Positions 10,383 to 19,516 of a DNA stretch of 64,000 nucleotides are shown one piece after another. The notes below the pieces were generated by a model, which was given only the letters and a program-made list of their open reading frames with translations, made no database searches and was not told the DNA's origin. This DNA is from Phycisphaerae bacterium (GTDB taxonomy: Bacteria > Planctomycetota > Phycisphaerae > UBA1845): positions 640,001-704,000 of the forward strand of contig CAXXGO010000003.1 of NCBI GenBank assembly GCA_963666835.2, written 5' to 3'. Position 1 is the first letter of the stretch. Each line of letters begins with the position of its first letter. Both the position numbers and the translations under genes were made by a program.

Positions 10383-12257
10383 ATGATGCCAAAGACGTTG
10401 ACACTCATTCTGGGTTTGGTCGCAGTAGTTTCGCTTATTGGTTGCCGTTCGCCGGGGGAGCACCGGCGGGCGGCTGATCGGGTGGCGTACGGGAACATCG
10501 CCGAGGAGCGAATGAGAGCCCTGGGACGTGACGAGCCTTTTACAATCGAGACGCCGGCGGACACGCTCCGGCGGAGGTTGCTGCTGGATCAACACTTGCC
10601 CCACGCCGCCAGTGCCTCGTTGGGGGCAAGCGATCTGGAGCCGATCGAGCAGTGGCCCGACGATGACTACCTCGCAAAATCCGACGCCGGGGAAGGGCTC
10701 GCGGGGGCCTATCAGACCGACCAAACCCTGAACCTGACTTTGGTCGATGCCCTGCAGATCGCGGCCCATGAGAGTCGCGAGTATCAGAGCCGCAAGGAAA
10801 CGGTCTTCGAAACGGCTCTGCACCTGGACCTCGAACGGGATTCGTTCCGACATACCTGGTCGGGCGTACTCGAAGGGATGTTCCAGACCGACCTCGAAGA
10901 AGAGATCGTAATCGACAACGAAGGTAACACCGATACGCAAAACGTCTCGGGGGCCGAGTACGGCGGATCGCTCGGCCTGTCCAAGCGTTTCAAGAACGGG
11001 CTGACCTTCACCGGCCTGATCGGCATCGATCTCGTTGCTCTGCTTACCCAGAACCGGATGTTCTCGCGGTCGGTGTGGGCCGACGCCAGTATCTCGGTGC
11101 CGCTGATGCGCGGCTCCGGGGAGTTCGTCGTAACCGAACCGCTCACCCAGGCCCAGCGCAACGTCGTATACGCCATCTACGAGTTCGAGCGTTACAAGCG
11201 GGAGTTTGCGGTCCGAATCGCGGAGAGCTACTTGGGCGTTTTGCAGCAAAATGACCAGGTCCGCAATGAAGAAGAGAACTATCGCGGATTGGTGACTTCG
11301 ACCCGTCGCGCTCGCCGGCTGGCCGAGGCCGGGCGGCTCCCGGAGATTCAAGTCGATCAGTCCTTCCAGGATGAACTTCGGGCGCGCAACCGGTGGGTGG
11401 CTGCTATCGAAAGTTACGACCGGAGACTCGATAGCTTCAAGACGACCCTCGGGCTGCCGCCCGATGCCGACGTTTCGTTGGATTATACGGAGCTTGAGAG
11501 GGTCACGCTTCGGGCTGAGCAGATCATCCAGGAAGAGGAGCCGCGCGAAGAGGAAGACTCGGCCGCGGCCGATGATCCGATCGTGCTCGTCCCCCCCGGG
11601 CAGGGTATCGCGGGGCCGTATGAACTGGATGAGACGGACGCTATTCTCCTGGCCCTCGAGAAGCGGCTGGATCTTCGGGTCGCCCTGGGGCGGGTCCACG
11701 ACGCCCAGCGCGGCGTGGCCGTATCCGCCGATCAACTGCGTGCGGATGTCACTCTTCTGGGAACCGGCTCCGCGGGCCAGCACCGCTCGATTTCATCGGC
11801 CACGATGGACGACGGGCGCCTGGCACCCGATGGCGGAATCTACTCGGCTTATCTGACCATAGACCTTCCGTTCGAGCGGACCTCGGAACGGAACGACTAT
11901 CGCGTGAGTCTTATCCGCCTGGAGCAGGCGGTGCGGAACTTGCAGGAATTGGAAGACGAGATCAAGCTTGCCGCCCGTAACCGGCTCAGCGAATTGCTTG
12001 AAGCCCGCGAGGCGATTCAGATTCAGGCAATGGCGGTCACGGTTGCCGAGCGGCGCGTGGACAGTACGAACTTGTTCTTAGAAGCCGGCCGGGCTGAGAT
12101 CCGGGACGTCCTCGAGGCGCAGGAATCTCTGGTGTCGGCACAGAATGCCTTGACGGCGGCACTAGTGAGTTACCGGGTCGGAGAGCTCAGCCTTCAGCGA
12201 GATATGGGAGTGCTGGCGGTCAACGAAGAGGGCCTGTGGCAGGAATATACTCCTTAG
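10383..12257 (+). CDS. TolC-family outer membrane efflux lipoprotein
   Basis: Lipobox SLIGC; OEP-like repeats (ISVPLMRGSG, AEAGRLPEIQVDQ, EAGRAEIRDVLEAQ); first gene of a MFP/ABC operon. Confidence 0.85.
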   Translation: MMPKTLTLILGLVAVVSLIGCRSPGEHRRAADRVAYGNIAEERMRALGRDEPFTIETPADTLRRRLLLDQHLPHAASASLGASDLEPIEQWPDDDYLAKSDAGEGLAGAYQTDQTLNLTLVDALQIAAHESREYQSRKETVFETALHLDLERDSFRHTWSGVLEGMFQTDLEEEIVIDNEGNTDTQNVSGAEYGGSLGLSKRFKNGLTFTGLIGIDLVALLTQNRMFSRSVWADASISVPLMRGSGEFVVTEPLTQAQRNVVYAIYEFERYKREFAVRIAESYLGVLQQNDQVRNEEENYRGLVTSTRRARRLAEAGRLPEIQVDQSFQDELRARNRWVAAIESYDRRLDSFKTTLGLPPDADVSLDYTELERVTLRAEQIIQEEEPREEEDSAAADDPIVLVPPGQGIAGPYELDETDAILLALEKRLDLRVALGRVHDAQRGVAVSADQLRADVTLLGTGSAGQHRSISSATMDDGRLAPDGGIYSAYLTIDLPFERTSERNDYRVSLIRLEQAVRNLQELEDEIKLAARNRLSELLEAREAIQIQAMAVTVAERRVDSTNLFLEAGRAEIRDVLEAQESLVSAQNALTAALVSYRVGELSLQRDMGVLAVNEEGLWQEYTP

Positions 12258-12275
12258 AGAAACGGACGAATCGAG

Positions 12276-14120
12276 ATGAATGCCAAACTGGAAAGGCCGG
12301 CAACGAAGCAGGGCGGGTGGCGCATGGCGGCGATCATCGTCGCAATCGTCGTTGCGTTGGGGGGGCTGGCCGTGACCCGCTCGACCGGATCAAAGGCGAC
12401 GCAGGGAACAAGGCCGACCAAGAAAGTGCAACAGGGTCCCTTGACCATCAGCGTCGTCGAATCCGGCACGATCAAGTCACTCGAACAGGTCAGCCTGAAG
12501 AATGAAGTCGAGGGCCAGACCACACTGATTTACCTGATCCCGGAAGGCGCCCAGGTGAAGAAAGGAGACTTGCTCGTCGAGTTGGACGCCAGCGGGCTCG
12601 AAGATGATCTGATCCAACAGCAGATTTCGGTGGATAACGCCGAAGCGTCCTTCATCCGCGCTCGCGAGGACTTGGCCGTTGCGAAGAACCAGGCGGAGAG
12701 TGACATCTCCAGGGCAGAGCTGGACTATCAGTTTGCAATCGAGGACGTCAAGCAGTACGTCGACGGCGAACACCCGCAGGAAGTAAAGGAGGCGGAATCC
12801 AATATCACGCTGGCTCGCGAGGAACTGGAGCGGGCCGCCGAGCAACTCAAGTGGTCGCAGCGACTCTATGAAGAAAAGTATATCTCGCACACCGAGCTCG
12901 AAGCTGATCGGCTCACCCATAGCCGTCAGCAACTCAACTACGAGCTGGCCGTTGCATCGCTGCAGTTGCTCCAGGACTACACGTCAAAACGCAAGATCGC
13001 CGAGCTGGAAAGCGACGTCGACCAGGCAAAGATGGCTCTGGAGCGGGTGAAACTGCAGGCCAACGCGGACATCGTCCAGGCCGAGGCGGATCTGAAAGCC
13101 AACGAGACCCAGTTCCGCCAGCAACAATCCAAGTTCGCTAAAACCGAAGCCCAAATAGCGAAGACTAAGATCATAGCTCCGCGCGGGGGTCTTGTTGTCT
13201 ACGCGACGTCGGTCCAGGGCGGCGGCCGGCACCGGCGGCAAGAACCGCTCGAAGAGGGGCAGGCGGTCCGCGAGCGGCAGGAATTGATCTACCTACCATC
13301 GGCCGAGTCGATGATGGCCGAGATCCCGATCCACGAATCCAGCCTGGACAAGATCCGCGTCGGACTGCCGGTGCGCGTGTCCGTCGACGCCATCCCGGGG
13401 CAGTCGTTCACGGGACGCGTGGCCAAGATCGCACCCTTACCCGACGCGCAGAGCGCCTGGCTCAACCCCGACCTGAAGGTCTACCCGACCCAGGTTCATT
13501 TGGACGGCAGCCACCCGGAGCTGCGGACCGGTATGAGCTGCCAGGCGGAGATTATTGTCGAGCAACATGCCAATGCGCTGTACGTACCGGTGCAGGCCGT
13601 GACACGGATCGGGCAGACCCCGACGGTCTACGTGCGCCGCGGAAGTACCTTCGAACCCCAATCGATCGAAATCGGGTTAGATAATAACTCTAAGGTCCAC
13701 GTAATCTCCGGTCTGGAGGAGGGGCAGGAAGTGCTCCTGACCCCGCCGCTCGAAGCGTCTGCAGCCGCCCAAGAAGAGCAACTGACCGAGGCCGGCTCCG
13801 ATGCGGACTTAACGAGGCGACGCATCGAGGAATCGAAGCAGACGGCCACGACGCAGGCCCAAAGCCCTTCCGAACACAGCCGAGGCAACAGAGACGAATC
13901 ACGCGAGTCCGGGCAGCCACAAGGGGATATGCGCCGGCCCTTCGAGAATATGTCGGCCGAACAGCGGGAGGCGATGCGCGAACGCTTCCGGAATATGACC
14001 CCCGAGGAGCGAGAAGAGGTGCGCAAACGGTTAGGCGGGAGAAGACCGTCAGGAGGCGGTGGGTCGGATCGTGGAGGACCGCCGGCGAGGCCGCAAAACG
14101 ACCCCGGTGACGGCGAGTAA
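12276..14120 (+). CDS. Periplasmic adaptor (HlyD/MacA-like membrane fusion protein)
   Basis: N-terminal TM, PEGAQVKKGDLLVELD lipoyl half, long coiled coil, IIAPRGGLVVY, LRTGMS, SGLEEGQEV. Confidence 0.9.
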   Translation: MNAKLERPATKQGGWRMAAIIVAIVVALGGLAVTRSTGSKATQGTRPTKKVQQGPLTISVVESGTIKSLEQVSLKNEVEGQTTLIYLIPEGAQVKKGDLLVELDASGLEDDLIQQQISVDNAEASFIRAREDLAVAKNQAESDISRAELDYQFAIEDVKQYVDGEHPQEVKEAESNITLAREELERAAEQLKWSQRLYEEKYISHTELEADRLTHSRQQLNYELAVASLQLLQDYTSKRKIAELESDVDQAKMALERVKLQANADIVQAEADLKANETQFRQQQSKFAKTEAQIAKTKIIAPRGGLVVYATSVQGGGRHRRQEPLEEGQAVRERQELIYLPSAESMMAEIPIHESSLDKIRVGLPVRVSVDAIPGQSFTGRVAKIAPLPDAQSAWLNPDLKVYPTQVHLDGSHPELRTGMSCQAEIIVEQHANALYVPVQAVTRIGQTPTVYVRRGSTFEPQSIEIGLDNNSKVHVISGLEEGQEVLLTPPLEASAAAQEEQLTEAGSDADLTRRRIEESKQTATTQAQSPSEHSRGNRDESRESGQPQGDMRRPFENMSAEQREAMRERFRNMTPEEREEVRKRLGGRRPSGGGGSDRGGPPARPQNDPGDGE

Positions 14121-14860
14121 TGTCAGCACCCAATATTGTGACATCAGGAACCGTATCACCCGCATCGTCGCGGCGAGTCGTCGCCGTGCTCGAAGACGTG
14201 ACCAAGGTCTACCAGATGGGCCAGGCCCGGGTGCGCGCGCTGGCGGGAGTATCCGTCGCCTTCCAGGCCGGCGGGTTCTACGCAATCATGGGGGCTAGCG
14301 GCTCGGGAAAGAGCACCATGCTGAACCTCCTCGGCTGTCTCGACCGACCGACTTCGGGCCGCTATATGCTGGAGGGGCAGGACGTGGCGCTGTTGAATGA
14401 CGACGCGCTCAGCGAGTTTCGACTGCGCCACCTCGGGTTCATCTTCCAAAGCTTCAACCTTATCCCCCAACTCACCGTGCGCGAGAACATCGAGCTACCG
14501 CTCTACTACCTCGACTGGGACGCGAACGACAGCGATGCCCGGATAGAGGAGATGGCCGCGCGCGTCGGGCTGGCGGACCGGCTCGAACACCGGCCTACCG
14601 AGCTTTCGGGAGGCGAGCAACAGCGGGTCGCCATCGCCCGCGCTTTGGCTACGGACCCGTCGATTCTGCTCGCCGACGAGCCCACCGGTAATCTCGACTC
14701 CCGCACGAGCCAGCAGATTATGGCATTGCTCAGCGACTTGAACGAGCACGGCAAGACCGTCCTGATGGTAACCCACGAGCCGGAGTTGGCGTCTTATGCA
14801 AGCCATCAAATGCACATGCAGGACGGACTGATTGACCGTATTGAAGAGAACTCCGCATGA
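14120..14860 (+). CDS. ABC transporter ATP-binding protein (MacB/LolD-like)
   Basis: GASGSGKST, GFIFQSFNL, LSGGEQQRVAIARAL, LLADEPTGNLD. Confidence 0.95.
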   Translation: MSAPNIVTSGTVSPASSRRVVAVLEDVTKVYQMGQARVRALAGVSVAFQAGGFYAIMGASGSGKSTMLNLLGCLDRPTSGRYMLEGQDVALLNDDALSEFRLRHLGFIFQSFNLIPQLTVRENIELPLYYLDWDANDSDARIEEMAARVGLADRLEHRPTELSGGEQQRVAIARALATDPSILLADEPTGNLDSRTSQQIMALLSDLNEHGKTVLMVTHEPELASYASHQMHMQDGLIDRIEENSA

Positions 14861-16128
14861 GACAGGCCAAGCTCCTCAAGAACATCCGTCTCGGGGTCAA
14901 GACCCTGCTGCTGCATAAGCTGCGCTCCTTTTTGACCATGATGGGCGTGGTCTTCGGAGTGGGCAGCGTAGTGGCGATGCTGGCCGTGGGCGAAGGTGCC
15001 AGCAAGGAGGCCCTGGAGGAGATCCGCAAGCTCGGTAGCACGAACATCATCATCAGTTCGATCAAACCGATCGAGGACGAATCCGGCAGTCAGCGCTCGC
15101 CGTTCAGTGTTGTGATGTACGGATTGCTGTACGAGGATGAGCGTCGGGCGCGGGAGACGTTCGACGCCATCGAGCGGACGGTCCCGGTCAAAATCGTACG
15201 GAAAGAAGGACGCCTCGGGGAGCGCACCCTCGACCTGCGTATTATGGGGACGACGGCCGACTGGTTCGACCTGGTGCGGCGTCCGCTTATCGCGGGACGC
15301 GCGCTTCAGCCGCGCGACGCGCAACGACGAGGCGGCGTGACCGTGCTTACCGAGTTCGGAGCTCGAAAACTGCTGGCCACCGAACGCTCCATCGGGCAAT
15401 CGCTGCGTATCGGCGGTGAATACTACGAAGTCGTGGGGATTGTCCGAAGCGAGTCGGCCCAGGAGGGTTCCATCCAGACGCCCGACCAGAACATTGACGC
15501 GTACATCCCGGTCGAGGTCGCCCGCGAACGCTACGGCGATTTCCGCACGGAGATCAGCGCCGGTTCGGTGTTGCGCGAGGCGGTGGAGCTGCATCAGCTT
15601 ATCGTTCAAGTCGATTCCATCGATAATGTCGAATCGGTGGCGAACGGGTTGACCCGGATGCTCGAGGGATACCATGCGCGGAAAGACTATGCCATCAGCG
15701 TTCCGCTCGAGCTGCTTCGCCAGGCCGAGGCGACGAAACGAACTTTCAACATCGTGCTCGGCTCGATCGCCGGGATCAGCCTGCTGGTCGGCGGTATCGG
15801 CATCATGAACATCATGCTTGCTTCGGTCACCGAGCGCACGCGCGAGATCGGCATCCGCCGGGCAATCGGTGCCAAGCGGCGTCAGATCATCGGCCAGTTC
15901 CTGATCGAAACCGTAGTGCTCTCGACCGCGGGCGGCCTGATCGGAGTGATGATTGGTCTGCTAATTCCGTGGCTCATCACGCATTTGGTCGGTATGCCAA
16001 CCGTTGTCACTCCGCACAGCATCGTGCTGGCCGTAGGCATCAGCATGACCGTCGGGATCGTGTTCGGCTTATACCCCGCCCGCCACGCCGCCAACCTCGA
16101 CCCCATCGAAGCCCTGCGGCATGAGTAG
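14857..16128 (+). CDS. ABC transporter permease (MacB/FtsX-like)
   Basis: RSFLTMMGVVFGVGSVV, ISLLVGGIGIMNIMLASVTERTREIGIRRAIGA, LDPIEALRHE. Confidence 0.95.
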   Translation: MRQAKLLKNIRLGVKTLLLHKLRSFLTMMGVVFGVGSVVAMLAVGEGASKEALEEIRKLGSTNIIISSIKPIEDESGSQRSPFSVVMYGLLYEDERRARETFDAIERTVPVKIVRKEGRLGERTLDLRIMGTTADWFDLVRRPLIAGRALQPRDAQRRGGVTVLTEFGARKLLATERSIGQSLRIGGEYYEVVGIVRSESAQEGSIQTPDQNIDAYIPVEVARERYGDFRTEISAGSVLREAVELHQLIVQVDSIDNVESVANGLTRMLEGYHARKDYAISVPLELLRQAEATKRTFNIVLGSIAGISLLVGGIGIMNIMLASVTERTREIGIRRAIGAKRRQIIGQFLIETVVLSTAGGLIGVMIGLLIPWLITHLVGMPTVVTPHSIVLAVGISMTVGIVFGLYPARHAANLDPIEALRHE

Positions 16129-16232
16129 CTCAGAGACGCAGCCTCGATGCTGCCGTCCGCCGAGACGGACTTGCCCGGGCCCGCGTCGCAAGATAATGCG
16201 CAACAGATCCTGCCGGCTCACCCGGCTGGTGG

Positions 16233-17561
16233 TCAATCCGGCGTACCCGGACCCACACCCGCACTCGCGCCCGAAGCCCACGGAATTCGCCAGATGCCCC
16301 ACTTGTAGCCGCGATTCGAGACGAAATAGATCCACGCCTGGTCATGGCTCACGACCGGATTGACATCATCGGAACCGTTTGTGGTCAGTTGGCGCACATC
16401 CGTACCGTTCGCCCTCATCATCCAGATATCGTTGTTGGGCTGCCCGGTGCCGTCGAGCCCCTTGTCGGAGACAAATATGATATGCGATCCGTCGCGTGAC
16501 CAGGTCGGGTCTGACTCCATCGTGTTGGCATCCGTGGTCAACTGAACGACCGTGCTGGTCTCAAGCGAGATCTTCCACAGCTTGCCATTGGGACCGATGT
16601 ACACAATCTCTCGTCCGTCGGGCGAGACCTCAGGATCAGCGCCTTCGCCGAGCTGAGTGGGGTACTGATTCGCACCACCCAAGGTCCAAACATGCGTTGC
16701 CGAGAGTTCCCCGGAGTATTCGGGGCGGAACCCGAACGCCAGAAGTCCCCCCTTCCCGCTGCTGGGTGTTCGGCACCAACCCTCGCCACTGTGGATGGCA
16801 GCAATCCCGCCGCCTTTGGCACGGCTATATATCCGGAACAAATCCAGATAGCCCCCGCGCAGACGATCCGAGGCAAAGTAGAGATTCTCACCGTCATGGC
16901 TGAAACATGGGTCGGTATCCAACCACCGCCCGGTGGTCAACTGGGTAATGCCGCCACCGGCGCCACCCAATGCACGAACCGTCGAAAACTCGAGCACGGT
17001 GCCCGTATCGTCCTGGACCTTCTCCACAACCGAGAAGGCCAGCCGGTCCTCCGTCGGTGAGGCGGAAAGACCACCGACCCACGCCCCTTCCTCGAGCTGC
17101 AGAACCCGAGACGCCGGCACACCTTCGCGCTCGATGTCCTCCTTGAACGCTCTGACCCGGCGGAAACTGACGGTAAGACCCTTGTCCGGATCAACTTCGA
17201 CCTCCGCCTTTTCCACCTCCCGGAACGGAGAAACTACCAGCGGTACCCGCAAGACGCGCACTCCTTGCTGAATGGGAAGTGAATCAAGAAACTCGCGAGT
17301 CAGATTGACCGTCTCGTCAAGGTATCGTTCCTTTCGGAAGGTGGTTTCGATATTCGGGGCTCGGACGAAGTCAAACTCGTATCGAACCGGCGTCAGGGCC
17401 GGTAAGCTAAACGACTGACTCTGCCCCGAACGTGTCAACCTGGTGACGCTTACCGTGGCCCCTGGAGGCTCCGTCTGCAATTCCACGATCCGCCCTGGAC
17501 AGCCGAGCGTCAGACATGACAGTACAACGACGCCGATCAAGTTAATCATCCGGTATGGCAT
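16233..17561 (-). CDS. Lipoprotein with PEGA-like N-domain and TolB-like (PD40) beta-propeller
   Basis: Lipobox LTLGC; LQTEPPGATV; repeats PCFSHDG, PEVSPDG, PTWSRDG, YFVSNR. Confidence 0.8.
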   Translation of the reverse strand: MPYRMINLIGVVVLSCLTLGCPGRIVELQTEPPGATVSVTRLTRSGQSQSFSLPALTPVRYEFDFVRAPNIETTFRKERYLDETVNLTREFLDSLPIQQGVRVLRVPLVVSPFREVEKAEVEVDPDKGLTVSFRRVRAFKEDIEREGVPASRVLQLEEGAWVGGLSASPTEDRLAFSVVEKVQDDTGTVLEFSTVRALGGAGGGITQLTTGRWLDTDPCFSHDGENLYFASDRLRGGYLDLFRIYSRAKGGGIAAIHSGEGWCRTPSSGKGGLLAFGFRPEYSGELSATHVWTLGGANQYPTQLGEGADPEVSPDGREIVYIGPNGKLWKISLETSTVVQLTTDANTMESDPTWSRDGSHIIFVSDKGLDGTGQPNNDIWMMRANGTDVRQLTTNGSDDVNPVVSHDQAWIYFVSNRGYKWGIWRIPWASGASAGVGPGTPD

Positions 17562-17680
17562 TCCGTCTTCCTTTCCTATCCGGGGCACCGTCGGCATTGC
17601 AGGCAACGAGCATCCGCAGTGGGGGGATTCCAAAACACGCTCGCCCGCCACGAATGATGCTCCTTACCATCGCAAGTGGT

Positions 17681-19204
17681 TCACGCACCGGTGAACCCCC
17701 GCTGAAACTCAGCGAAGTCGGCGAGGTCCACGTCGCCATCATCATCGGCGTCGAGGCACCGGCACTCCGACGAATAGACCGGCGGATCCTGGGGACCAAG
17801 CGGACCCACCATACACTCGGGATAAGCCTGCGAATCCTCCAAGTTCACCTGCTCGTCGCCGTTAATATCCCCTATTACTAAGCACTCCACACATACATCA
17901 GCGTCCTCACTACAGAACGGTAGCGATTGATCGTCACACGGATAACTTCCCGGCTGACATACACCGGCGCCATCGCACGTTTCTTCGCCATTGCAGAACA
18001 GAGCATCGTGGCATGGGGTTCCCGCAGGTTCAACGTTAACCAGGCATACTCCGCCCCCGTCGCAGGTGTCCGGATCATCACAAACCGTATCGATCGAGTC
18101 GCCGCACGAGGTACCGGCCGGTTCGAAAGCGTCCTCCGGACACGCGCCAAGCCCGTCGCAATATTCGGCAACGTCGCATTCCCCGGCGTCCGCTCGGCAC
18201 TCCGTCGTAGTCGGCGCGAAGTTCTCCACGCACAGCCCGGCACCATCGCAGGTGTCCGGATCATCACAAACCGTATCGATCGAGTCGCCGCACGAAGTGC
18301 CCGTGGGTTCCGGCGTGTTCATACAAGATCCGGCTCCATCGTTCCCGTCGGGGTCACACCAATCCGCTGTACAATCATTCTCATCATCGCACGTAGGCGG
18401 CGTACCGGGTTGGCATACCCCCCCATCGCAACCTTCCACCCCGTTGCATAACTGCCCGTCACCGCAATCCAACTGGCTGCACCCACAACCGTCCGGATTG
18501 ACCGCCTCCCCGTCAGGAGTCCCCGGACAAAGATCGAAACAGTTCTCAACACCATCCTCGTCATCGTCTCCCGGTTCACCGCCGCAGATGCGAAGCGAGA
18601 TAGCTCCGAACTGCCCCGTCACATCCTGCCCGAGGTAATCGCCTCCATACACATGCGATCTCGATGACGCTCCCAGAATCTCCGCAATACTGACCTGTGC
18701 CGCTTCGGTTTCCTCAAGCGCCGCAAACAGAAACGTAGTCACATGCAGGCCCTGCGGGCTTGCGATCGCATAATCTCCGAAACCCGACCAGGCTTGATAG
18801 AACGCATCCCCGTCATCAAACGTGTCGTTCAATCCGTCCTGAGCGGAGTCGTCCGGGAATCCCGAAGATAGCCAAACATAAGGCCCGTCATTCCTGACCG
18901 CGAGCAGTTCCAGGTATTCGGCATCCCATTGCACGGCCACGTCGATAGCCGCGATCGCCTGATCCTCGGCCGTGTCCGTTCGGGCGACCAACCGCACCTC
19001 GAAGACCTCACCGACGTACGCCCAGTCTGATACAGGCTCCCAAAGCAGATCGACCATCGGGTCTTCCGCCCGGTTCGGAACCGAAGTGGCCCCCTCCGAC
19101 CATGGCCGGCCTGCATTCGCTGCAGCACCGGCCCCTGCGCCCTGCCCAAATAACGAAGTGAAGGCTCCAACTATGAGCAAGAAAACAAAGTGTGGACGAG
19201 CCAT
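17681..19204 (-). CDS. Secreted Cys/Asp-rich protein: cohesin-like domain, Cys-rich repeats, C-terminal dockerin-like module
   Basis: Signal peptide; VGEVFEVRLVA...AAIDVAVQWDAEYLELL...TFLFAAL; DDDEDGVENCFDLCPGTP; disintegrin-like CRADAGECDVAEYCDG; GDINGDEQVNLED...DADDDGDVDLADFAEFQRGFTG. Confidence 0.75.
   Translation of the reverse strand: MARPHFVFLLIVGAFTSLFGQGAGAGAAANAGRPWSEGATSVPNRAEDPMVDLLWEPVSDWAYVGEVFEVRLVARTDTAEDQAIAAIDVAVQWDAEYLELLAVRNDGPYVWLSSGFPDDSAQDGLNDTFDDGDAFYQAWSGFGDYAIASPQGLHVTTFLFAALEETEAAQVSIAEILGASSRSHVYGGDYLGQDVTGQFGAISLRICGGEPGDDDEDGVENCFDLCPGTPDGEAVNPDGCGCSQLDCGDGQLCNGVEGCDGGVCQPGTPPTCDDENDCTADWCDPDGNDGAGSCMNTPEPTGTSCGDSIDTVCDDPDTCDGAGLCVENFAPTTTECRADAGECDVAEYCDGLGACPEDAFEPAGTSCGDSIDTVCDDPDTCDGGGVCLVNVEPAGTPCHDALFCNGEETCDGAGVCQPGSYPCDDQSLPFCSEDADVCVECLVIGDINGDEQVNLEDSQAYPECMVGPLGPQDPPVYSSECRCLDADDDGDVDLADFAEFQRGFTGA
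18060..18295. repeat. Exact 50-bp direct repeat pair inside the CDS (18060-18109 and 18246-18295)
   Basis: tcgcaggtgtccggatcatcacaaaccgtatcgatcgagtcgccgcacga occurs twice, 186 bp apart (SCGDSIDTVCDDPDTCD). Confidence 0.9.
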
Positions 19205-19426
19205 AGTGTTTTGTCCCCTCTTGTTGCCGTCTGTATGAACCCTTCCCGTCTCGGCGGTCCGTACGGGGGAATCGCAACCTCAACCATCTCCGTCGCACCG
19301 AACGCACGATGCAATTAGACGTAAGCCAACCGGCGGGCTCCGTATCCGACCTTCCCCTTGCCGCCTCCGAACAGCGCCCGATGCATTCCGGCGGTACCCG
19401 GAAATGCAATGACGCATACCGGCGAC

Positions 19427-19461
19427 GCCGCCCGGTGACTTAACTTCTGCCACCGGGCGGC
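19427..19461 (-). terminator. GC-rich hairpin after the giant gene (possible terminator or processing site)
   Basis: gccgcccggtg-N13-caccgggcggc, 11-bp stem, no clear U tract. Confidence 0.35.
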
Positions 19462-19516
19462 TCGCCTCGCTCACCTACTAGCTATCTCGCGATAGCCACG
19501 CGCTCGCCCTTTTTCA

